Shown one piece after another: positions 1 to 7,139 of a DNA stretch of 32,948 nt; position 1 is the first letter of the stretch; each line of letters opens with the position of its first letter. The notes below the pieces were generated by a model, which made no database searches, was not told the DNA's origin, and saw nothing but the letters and a program-made list of their open reading frames with translations. The stretch covers positions 1-32,948 of the forward strand of contig CAZISZ010000003.1 in NCBI GenBank assembly GCA_964542035.1, read 5' to 3'. The position numbers and the translations under genes were made by a program. Source of the DNA: an uncultured Ruminococcus sp. GTDB lineage: Bacteria > Bacillota > Clostridia > Oscillospirales > CAG-272.

Positions 1-397
1 TATCGTGCTGATCTTTGCCAACGGCAAGGGGGTACGCATACCGCAACCTGTATATCGAACGAAAGGCAACCGCCGTAAGCTGACGGGAGCTTATTCTCAA
101 TCCTCACCCATAGTGGGAATATTCGAGGAGGAAAAACCGTTCGAAATACTCTTGCTTACCGATAATGATAAAGCGGCGATAATATCATCCTCGCTCATCC
201 CAGAAAAAACCACAAGAAGCGCCGGCGGAGTTCAATTGATAACGCTAAAGGGTGGCAGATCCCTTAAAGCGGCCATGCGAGATTTTAACGACAAATTTGA
301 AAGCACCAAGGGATACAAAAAGATAAAGATACCTGCCACACCGGTACTGCTTGTGGAAAAGGATATCGAGAAGATGCAGATGAAGCTTGATCTGTAA
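1..397 (+). CDS. C-terminal part of a type II topoisomerase A subunit (GyrA/ParC family; clostridial ParC-like), 5' truncated by the window
   Basis: The frame is open from the window edge to TAA at 395-397. Segments 'FANGKGVRIP..Y.TK.NRRKL' and 'IPEKTTRSAGGVQLITLK' resemble beta-pinwheel blades of the GyrA/ParC C-terminal domain. Confidence 0.7.
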   Translation, partial: IVLIFANGKGVRIPQPVYRTKGNRRKLTGAYSQSSPIVGIFEEEKPFEILLLTDNDKAAIISSSLIPEKTTRSAGGVQLITLKGGRSLKAAMRDFNDKFESTKGYKKIKIPATPVLLVEKDIEKMQMKLDL

Positions 398-441
398 AGC
401 CAAAATGCCGCCGCATCCCGGCGGAACGGAGATTATTACCC

Positions 442-1425
442 ATGAACAAAATTCCCACAAAAATCAAAAAAGTCACAGCGCTGTTTTTAGCGTTGGCGCT
501 TGCTTTCGCAACATCAATTGCAGTGTACGCTTCACTGGTCTATGACAGTGCCGTTGACCCTGTGGTGTCACTGTCGGGTCTTGCACAGTATGTTGAAAAT
601 TACGTATTGGTGCCACTCTCAAACCGTATAGACGACCTTTCCACCAGAGTCAGCGCACTTGAAATCGGCGGTGGCGGTAGTAGCGGAGGCGGCATGAATT
701 CCGAGGCTTACCAAGCCATAATGTCACGCATTGCGGCGCTTGAGGAGCAAGGAAAAACCAAAGATGAAGCTATTAATGAACTTGAGAAAAAGCTTCAATC
801 TCTTGAGAACGATCATTCGTCAAGACTTAACGATCTTGAGACAAGCTATTCGAATATCTCAAAACAGATAGATTCGATAAACGACTCAATCACCGGTATC
901 AAAAGCAGCATAGAGACGTTGCGCGCCGACAATAACAATCTTGAAAAGAACTTTTCCGATCTTTCAAACAAATATCTCAGCGTCACCAAAGAAATGAACA
1001 CACTGCGATCATCCATTGATGCTCTAACCGGTGACAGTGGCGCTATTACAGATCTACGTACCAAATACGAAGCCCTAAACGACACCATACAACAGCTTCA
1101 AACCAAGGCAGGTGTCATGTACAGACCCGTTTTGGTCGAAGCCGGGCAGATAATACGCGCAAAAAATGCGGATGAGGGAGTGCTTGTTATAGTCAGGTCG
1201 GGATATGCCGTGATCGAATCACCGTATAACACTTCAGGCACACTGCAAGGAATAAACGATCTCACTACCGGTGAAGAACTCTACAACGGTGCGGATGCGC
1301 CGCTTATGCACAATCTACTCATTCCGCGCGGTGCGGATGACGGCCGCGGTATTCGTATAGAAAGTTACGATGGCGCTTATGTTATGATAGGCGGCGAATA
1401 CATAATAGAAGATGCTAATGGATAA
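442..1425 (+). CDS. Secreted coiled-coil protein (conserved clostridial hypothetical, upstream of a SpoIID/LytB protein)
   Basis: GGAG RBS near 428-431 and a basic plus hydrophobic signal peptide ending AVYA. A 'DPVVSLS' motif and a Gly linker precede about 140 aa of heptad repeats. The C-terminal beta-rich domain reads 'VRSG...GINDLTTGEEL.NG...HNLLIPR..DGRGI'. Confidence 0.85.
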   Translation: MNKIPTKIKKVTALFLALALAFATSIAVYASLVYDSAVDPVVSLSGLAQYVENYVLVPLSNRIDDLSTRVSALEIGGGGSSGGGMNSEAYQAIMSRIAALEEQGKTKDEAINELEKKLQSLENDHSSRLNDLETSYSNISKQIDSINDSITGIKSSIETLRADNNNLEKNFSDLSNKYLSVTKEMNTLRSSIDALTGDSGAITDLRTKYEALNDTIQQLQTKAGVMYRPVLVEAGQIIRAKNADEGVLVIVRSGYAVIESPYNTSGTLQGINDLTTGEELYNGADAPLMHNLLIPRGADDGRGIRIESYDGAYVMIGGEYIIEDANG

Positions 1426-3418
1426 AAACATAAAAAAAGCAAATAATTCGCGTGCACGCGGCAGTAAACGTTCCTTCGTCGGGATTCTCTTAGTAATACC
1501 GGTAATTTTTCTGCTTCTCGGAGGTGTAACACTGATAATAAACGCCTCGGCTGACGCCTCGGCACTTTCTTCCTATACCATTAAATCAAATGTAACGACC
1601 AGCCCGATGTATCTTGCCATCGGACTCAGATACGGAGCGGATGCGCCTTTTTCCTGCTCGATTCTCTCCCCCTACGGTTTTGTGGTAGGAGAAACAGAGA
1701 TTACAAGAAATGAAAGAAACTTTACACCGCTCTTCAAACTAAACTCCGCTACAGTGCACGCTGTTTGCGATACCAATCTGAAGATCGGCTACAACTCCTG
1801 TTCGCAAGCAACCGAGGATAATGCGGATATAGGCGGATATCATGTTGAAATAGCAAACGCCGCAGATATTTGGGCGGATTTTACATCCTACTCCGACCTT
1901 TTCGAAGCACTGTACGATCAATGCTTTCCTGCCTATATCAACGGCGAAAAATGCATTAGAATAGGTGCATTTCCGACCTACACGGCGGCAGGAGAAGCCG
2001 CAGCAACAATATCTTCCATCATGACCAATCGCGACGTACGTATCGCTTCCCCCTCGGCAACCGGCGTATCGGTGCTTGATGATACCATGGAGAGCATTCT
2101 TTTTGAATATGAGGGTGGAGAGCATTTTTATCTCGGCTTTTCGGCATACCAGCAACCGGGTCAGGATCACGCATATATACAAGATGTTGCAACATCGACT
2201 CTTTATGACGGATTGTTTTGCTTTAGACACTTTATCGGCTCCGAATGTAACGGTCTTTTGCATTTGAACATGGTTGAGCTAAACACGTATGTTGAGGGTG
2301 TTCTGCCAAACGAAATATACACCAGTTGGGATATAGAAACTCAAAAGGCTTTCGCCATTACGGTAAGATCCTACTCGGTAAAATGCGTGGGCAAACATTA
2401 TTCATCTTACGGATTTGACATGTGCAGTCTTTCGCATTGCGAAAACTACCGAGGTCGCAAACTTATAACCTCACGCGTAACTCAAGCCGTAAACGAAACA
2501 CGCGATCAGGTCTTGACCTTCGGTTCAACTATAGTTGAGGGACTTTATTCTTCAAGTATAGGCGGTTGGTCAGTCAATCCAAAATATGTTTGGGGTGGCA
2601 CAACCGACAGTTATCTGCGTACTCAGGCAACGCCTTGGGAAAAATACTCGGAATACGCATCGGGTCTTTGGTTCAACGAAATCACAGCGGCAGAACTTAA
2701 GATCGCCGCACGAGAATATGGAGAGACACAGATAAATTCAAATATCGTACAGGTTGACACAACAACAACAGGTGACTCATCCCCTTATGTTTACACCATA
2801 AAACTTACCGACGCAAACGGAAATACCGCCTCTGCCACACGATGCTCCGGAGTAAGAAGTTTGCTATCCGGCTATGTTTGGTCGGCAAATATCATAATTG
2901 GACGCGGATCGGTAGATTACACCTACGAAGAGGTAAAATCAACAAGAATAATAAACCTCATGGGATCAAGCGCGGGATCGGTAAGTGTGAAAACAAAAAA
3001 CGGAGTTATAGTATCCGACGCCGCCGGATTTAACTTTTTGACCGACCTCGGAACCGCCATAAAGGACGGTTCTTCAACACTGCACATTTACACCGAAAAC
3101 GGTATAGCGCAGATAATAGGCGGAGATATAGACATCCCCATATCTACAGAACCGGATGCTAACGGAAACTATACTGTCGTTTCAAATTACGGCACATTTT
3201 TGATAGTTAATCAACTAAAGCAGATCAAAAAAACACATTACGCCTCCTCCTCCACCTCTTTTGCGATTGTCGGTAAAGGAATGGGACACGGAGTCGGAAT
3301 GAGCCAGTTCGGCGCATCCGACCTCGGAGAAGCGGGTGCCACCGCCACACAAATTTTATTGGCGTATTTCCCCGGCACAACAGTAAGCAACTATTTCGAT
3401 TTTTTAAAGAGTAGTTGA
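1412..3418 (+). CDS. SpoIID/LytB domain peptidoglycan lytic transglycosylase-like protein
   Basis: N-terminal signal/TM segment. SpoIID core 'YVEGVLPNEI...ETQKAFAITVRSY' retains the catalytic Glu, followed by 'FDMC...HCENYRG', 'AVNETR' and the C-terminal 'GKGMGHGVGMSQFGA...IL..YFPG'. It overlaps the upstream stop; the start could be 1418. Confidence 0.9.
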   Translation: MLMDKNIKKANNSRARGSKRSFVGILLVIPVIFLLLGGVTLIINASADASALSSYTIKSNVTTSPMYLAIGLRYGADAPFSCSILSPYGFVVGETEITRNERNFTPLFKLNSATVHAVCDTNLKIGYNSCSQATEDNADIGGYHVEIANAADIWADFTSYSDLFEALYDQCFPAYINGEKCIRIGAFPTYTAAGEAAATISSIMTNRDVRIASPSATGVSVLDDTMESILFEYEGGEHFYLGFSAYQQPGQDHAYIQDVATSTLYDGLFCFRHFIGSECNGLLHLNMVELNTYVEGVLPNEIYTSWDIETQKAFAITVRSYSVKCVGKHYSSYGFDMCSLSHCENYRGRKLITSRVTQAVNETRDQVLTFGSTIVEGLYSSSIGGWSVNPKYVWGGTTDSYLRTQATPWEKYSEYASGLWFNEITAAELKIAAREYGETQINSNIVQVDTTTTGDSSPYVYTIKLTDANGNTASATRCSGVRSLLSGYVWSANIIIGRGSVDYTYEEVKSTRIINLMGSSAGSVSVKTKNGVIVSDAAGFNFLTDLGTAIKDGSSTLHIYTENGIAQIIGGDIDIPISTEPDANGNYTVVSNYGTFLIVNQLKQIKKTHYASSSTSFAIVGKGMGHGVGMSQFGASDLGEAGATATQILLAYFPGTTVSNYFDFLKSS

Positions 3419-3450
3419 TGTGATTGACCTTTCCCCAAACCGTAATATTT

Positions 3451-3498
3451 ATCCCTCGCAGCGGAAAACTTTATTTGAGCTTCTCCGCCGCGAGGGAT
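3451..3498. terminator. Probable bidirectional terminator hairpin between convergent genes
   Basis: atccctcgcagcgga (3451-3465) pairs with tccgccgcgagggat (3484-3498) with one mismatch. Confidence 0.65.
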
Positions 3499-3546
3499 TT
3501 AAAGTTAAGTTTTATCGATTTACGGGAATTGCAGATTAAAATTTTA

Positions 3547-4500
3547 TCACCTTACAAACTCCATTACATCGGCTTCGTTTATATCGCATAATTCTGTTAT
3601 ACGATCTGCCATACGAATCTTATCAAGTCCTGCCAGTGAGTGCGCATCGGTACCAAATGTAAATTTGCATCCCGCTGCCTTTGCCAATTTCATAACTCTT
3701 ACCATCGGCTCATCAACAAAATCATTTTCCGGAAACTTAAATGCCCCCGTGTTTATCTCTATTCCTACGCCTATTTCGGCTGCAATAGAGAAGCATTCGA
3801 GATAGCGTTGATCGCAGACCGATTCTATCATTCTTTTTTGCAAAACTTTCGGAAACCCGCAGGGTGAGAATGTATGCGCAACGATAGTGGGCACGGTATG
3901 CGAAAGCTTTTTAAATTCCGCATTTGCCATAAGGCTCAAAAAGCTGTGATACATAAAGTCGGCATTATAACTTACAACAGCATCTGTTCGATCACCGATT
4001 AATACGGCTATCTCCGCCTCCGGTACCGCATCCATCAATTTTCGTGCACGTTCATCCCCGAGTTCCGGCATAACTGCGGCAAGTTTTGCACCGAGTTCGA
4101 CTCTTTTAGCCTTTATATCCTCCATTTCCGAAATAACAAAATTCTTCATATGTACATGCGTATGCGGCACCAAAACATAATCAAACTGTTTTGCCGTTTC
4201 AGCAAGCATACCGAGGTTATCCGACATACCGCAATATTCCGTCTCGGTCCCCACCATCAGTCTTATATTCGGCAGTAACGGCATGGAGGCACGTGCACCC
4301 TCAAGACCGTAATTTATCATTTGCATATGATACCAATGGCTCGCTCCCGGAACCTTTTCATCCCATAAGTGATTGGAAACACCGAAACTTGTGTGCCCAA
4401 GTTCTTTGGCTCGACGCGCAAACGCCTCCACGGTTGCCACGGGATCATAACAGCAAAGAGAGTACAGTGTGTGGTTGTGAATATCATGTTTTACGATCAT
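3547..4500 (-). CDS. PHP-domain metal-dependent phosphoesterase
   Basis: PHP motifs HDIHNHT, SNH, GTETE, VAH, IEIN and GTDAH. Confidence 0.88.
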   Translation of the reverse strand: MIVKHDIHNHTLYSLCCYDPVATVEAFARRAKELGHTSFGVSNHLWDEKVPGASHWYHMQMINYGLEGARASMPLLPNIRLMVGTETEYCGMSDNLGMLAETAKQFDYVLVPHTHVHMKNFVISEMEDIKAKRVELGAKLAAVMPELGDERARKLMDAVPEAEIAVLIGDRTDAVVSYNADFMYHSFLSLMANAEFKKLSHTVPTIVAHTFSPCGFPKVLQKRMIESVCDQRYLECFSIAAEIGVGIEINTGAFKFPENDFVDEPMVRVMKLAKAAGCKFTFGTDAHSLAGLDKIRMADRITELCDINEADVMEFVR

Positions 4501-4538
4501 TTTAAAGTTTCCTGCCTTTCTTATTTCTTATTGTGCTT

Positions 4539-4567
4539 ATTATATCAGATGTTTGTATCTATTTCAA
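4539..4567 (-). promoter_or_regulatory. SigmaA promoter for the PHP gene
   Basis: Minus strand TTGAAA-17 nt-TATAAT with an extended TG. Confidence 0.7.
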
Positions 4568-4586
4568 TGGTTTTATCATTTTTTAC

Positions 4587-4615
4587 TTGATATTTTTCAC
4601 CAAATATGATATCAT
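4587..4615 (+). promoter_or_regulatory. SigmaA promoter for deoC
   Basis: TTGATA-17 nt-TATCAT with an extended TG. Confidence 0.55.
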
Positions 4616-4657
4616 ATAAGAAGATAAAAAATCACAGGATACCGAAAGGAAACGTTC

Positions 4658-5329
4658 ATGGATAAATTAGAAATACTCAAATATGCCGATCACACACTAC
4701 TTTCCCCCAAGGCGACCGAGGCTGAAATACGCGATATCTGCGATGACGGATTGAAATACCACACAGCGTCGGTATGTATTCCCGCATCATACGTTAAATA
4801 TGCTCACAACTACACCGATGGCAAGCTTAACATTTGTACCGTTATCGGATTTCCTCTCGGCTATAACACAACAGCCGCAAAATGCTTTGAGGCTGAGGAT
4901 GCTATCCGCAACGGAGCCAACGAGATAGATATGGTCATAAACCTCGGTTGGCTCAACGATGGTCGTTTTAAAGCGGTAGAAGATGAGATTCGCGCCGTCA
5001 AATCCGTCTGCGGTAAACATATCCTTAAGGTCATAATAGAAACTTGCCTGCTCAGCGATGAGCAAAAACGCCACATGTGCAGTATCGTCGGCGCCGCCGG
5101 AGCGGATTATATAAAGACATCCACCGGCTTTTCAACCGGCGGCGCAACGCGTGAGGATATTGCCCTGTTTGCGAAGAATATCCCGGCGGGACTCAAAATC
5201 AAGGCTGCCGGCGGGATACGCTCTTTTGAGGACGCCGAGGACTTTATCACTCTCGGTGCCGAAAGGCTGGGGACAAGTGCGCTTGTAAAGCTTATAAAAA
5301 AGGAGGAAGCCGAGGCTGCCGTACGGTAA
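4658..5329 (+). CDS. deoC: Deoxyribose-phosphate aldolase
   Basis: [38 protein letters not shown] (Schiff-base Lys), KAAGGIR and RLGTS; AAGGA RBS. Confidence 0.97.
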   Translation: MDKLEILKYADHTLLSPKATEAEIRDICDDGLKYHTASVCIPASYVKYAHNYTDGKLNICTVIGFPLGYNTTAAKCFEAEDAIRNGANEIDMVINLGWLNDGRFKAVEDEIRAVKSVCGKHILKVIIETCLLSDEQKRHMCSIVGAAGADYIKTSTGFSTGGATREDIALFAKNIPAGLKIKAAGGIRSFEDAEDFITLGAERLGTSALVKLIKKEEAEAAVR

Positions 5330-5341
5330 CATCCATATCAA

Positions 5342-5387
5342 AACTAAACCGCGGTCGATGCGCCAAGCTGCCGACCGCGGTTTAGTT
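5342..5387. terminator. Bidirectional terminator-like hairpin with a 16-bp perfect stem
   Basis: aactaaaccgcggtcg (5342-5357) and cgaccgcggtttagtt (5372-5387) lie between convergent deoC and the oadA-like gene. Confidence 0.75.
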
Positions 5388-5396
5388 GTAATGTTT

Positions 5397-6626
5397 TTAT
5401 ATTATATGCACACCGAGCATCGGTACCGAATTTATCTCGTCAATACCGTATCTGACACATTTGCGATGTTCAAAAAAAGATATTGCCGCATCTCCCGACA
5501 TTGCATACGTCAATATATCCTCAGCCTGTTCAAGATACGGAGCTATCTCCGTACGCAATGTATCAAGTTCCGGATCCAATAGATCCGCGGGACGAGTCAA
5601 AATCATCGATGCATTGACACCCAAAGCGGCCATGATCTCCGGGGATGGCGGCATAGGTAAACGACCGTAAAATCCGCTGACCAACGCACGGTAGCTCGGC
5701 GAAAACACATGCGACTCGGCATTACCGTAGCGGTAAAGCGATAAGGCACGATCGTATATTATATCCGCAATCGGAGCTGCCATGGTGGGCCAGCCTGCCT
5801 CGCACCTTGCGTGCTCGATATATTCCGGTGGAATATCATCAGTGCGCAGCGCAACTTTCGACTGCGGTAACATACTTTTTACACTGTTCCATGCACTGCC
5901 GAAAATCTTGCAGGCACCGATCAACTCACAATCGGAAAGGTCTATATCCATTCCGAACACGTGATCCTCAGACAAAACATCGCCAAGCGATATCAATTCA
6001 TGATTACATTCACCGAGCATCAATGGTATCGACACAATACTTCCGACCGACGCGCTGAGTTCACGAAGAGTTTTCAGGTCAAGATTTCGTTCCGGATCGA
6101 TAATGCTTATGATGTCGGCTCCCATCCCCTCAAGCAAAGATGCGTATCCGGCATAAAAAGCCGTACTTGATGCCGGACCTGCGGTATACACCATTGCGGC
6201 ATCAAGTTCAAGGTCGTATTTTTTTGCCGATTTTACAACTGTTTCGATATTGCGCGGATCGTTTAGAGCATCGTAAACACGTATGATACCAACTCCGTTT
6301 TCCGCCGCACGCGCTACAAGATATTCAACAACATCATCGGCATACACCCCATTCCCAAGCAAAGATTGACCACGCAGTGTAAGGCGCAAACGCGTATTTT
6401 TCACGCCATCGCGCAGCGCGCGAAGTCTCTCCCAAGGATCCTGCGTACCGCGCAATGTTAAAAGGTCTGCCGAAAAGTTTTCCGCTCCCCAAAATTCTAT
6501 CGCATATAGCCCCGCTTTATCAATAGCGGCAAGAATTTGCGCAAGCGGAGTTTTACCAAGCCGCTCCGCTTGCCCGGGTGACAAAGTAGCGCAAAACTTT
6601 TTTGTGGCGTTTGATTCTCCGTTCAT
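5397..6626 (-). CDS. Oxaloacetate decarboxylase alpha / pyruvate carboxylase B-like carboxyltransferase homolog, catalytically degenerate
   Basis: Retains 'E.WG', 'DPWERLR', 'LRGQSLLG...YADDVVE', 'ENG...IRVYDALNDPRN', 'RPADLL.PEL' and 'EDILTYA'. Lacks RDAHQS, KDMAG, HxH and PLVTP. Confidence 0.85.
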   Translation of the reverse strand: MNGESNATKKFCATLSPGQAERLGKTPLAQILAAIDKAGLYAIEFWGAENFSADLLTLRGTQDPWERLRALRDGVKNTRLRLTLRGQSLLGNGVYADDVVEYLVARAAENGVGIIRVYDALNDPRNIETVVKSAKKYDLELDAAMVYTAGPASSTAFYAGYASLLEGMGADIISIIDPERNLDLKTLRELSASVGSIVSIPLMLGECNHELISLGDVLSEDHVFGMDIDLSDCELIGACKIFGSAWNSVKSMLPQSKVALRTDDIPPEYIEHARCEAGWPTMAAPIADIIYDRALSLYRYGNAESHVFSPSYRALVSGFYGRLPMPPSPEIMAALGVNASMILTRPADLLDPELDTLRTEIAPYLEQAEDILTYAMSGDAAISFFEHRKCVRYGIDEINSVPMLGVHII

Positions 6627-6814
6627 GCGAGCAGATCAGAATCCGACACCGTCGGCTTTTCATCATTATTCACATCTACTGTAGTATCGCGAGTGTTGGA
6701 ACTAACATCACTGCCGACAACGTCCATGTATGGCAATTCTTCAATTTCAACAATATAGTCGTTTTCGTCTACCGTTACCTTGAACCTTCTTCTTTTTGCA
6801 TCATTTTCATTCAT
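6623..6814 (-). CDS. Truncated biotin carboxyl carrier-like protein (N-terminal docking segment and linker only, 63 aa)
   Basis: GGAG RBS (6826-6823) precedes the ATG at 6814. 'RRFKVTVDENDYIVEIEE' matches the N-terminus of MmdC/1.3S-type biotin carriers. There is no EAMKM motif, and the stop overlaps the next ATG. Confidence 0.65.
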   Translation of the reverse strand: MNENDAKRRRFKVTVDENDYIVEIEELPYMDVVGSDVSSNTRDTTVDVNNDEKPTVSDSDLLA

Positions 6815-6845
6815 TATTATATCTCCATAATCTGCCTTATCGGCT

Positions 6846-7139
6846 TCAGCTGTTCCACGGGCGCGCACCGCCGACGCGTTTAAATGCCACCACTCTGAAT
6901 TTCGGTACTGCTTTTTTCTCTGCCTCCGCTTCTGCATGAATATACGCCGTAATCGCCGCTGTTACGGCAGCAACAAGACGTTCTTCATCGTTCTTTCTTC
7001 TTAAAGCCTCGGCATGTTTCTCCGATTCGCGTTTAAATTCCGCTTCTCGCAACTCTTTTTCGTGCTCTGCCGCACGACGTTCGGCTTCGGAAAGTTGCGC
7101 TCTTTTCTTTTTCTTTAAGAACGGAAATAATATATTCAT
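6846..7139 (-). CDS. OadG/MmdD-like decarboxylase gamma/delta subunit homolog without a transmembrane helix
   Basis: The C-terminal 'EERLVAAVTAAITAY...FRVVAFKRV....W' is the OadG/MmdD tail signature. ATGA overlap with the upstream stop, with GAGG upstream. Confidence 0.75.
   Translation of the reverse strand: MNILFPFLKKKKRAQLSEAERRAAEHEKELREAEFKRESEKHAEALRRKNDEERLVAAVTAAITAYIHAEAEAEKKAVPKFRVVAFKRVGGARPWNS

Noticed and set aside
6815-6937. Longer 104-aa version of the biotin-carrier stub
   Set aside because: It overlaps the OadG-like gene, while the RBS and family-like N-terminus point to the ATG at 6814.
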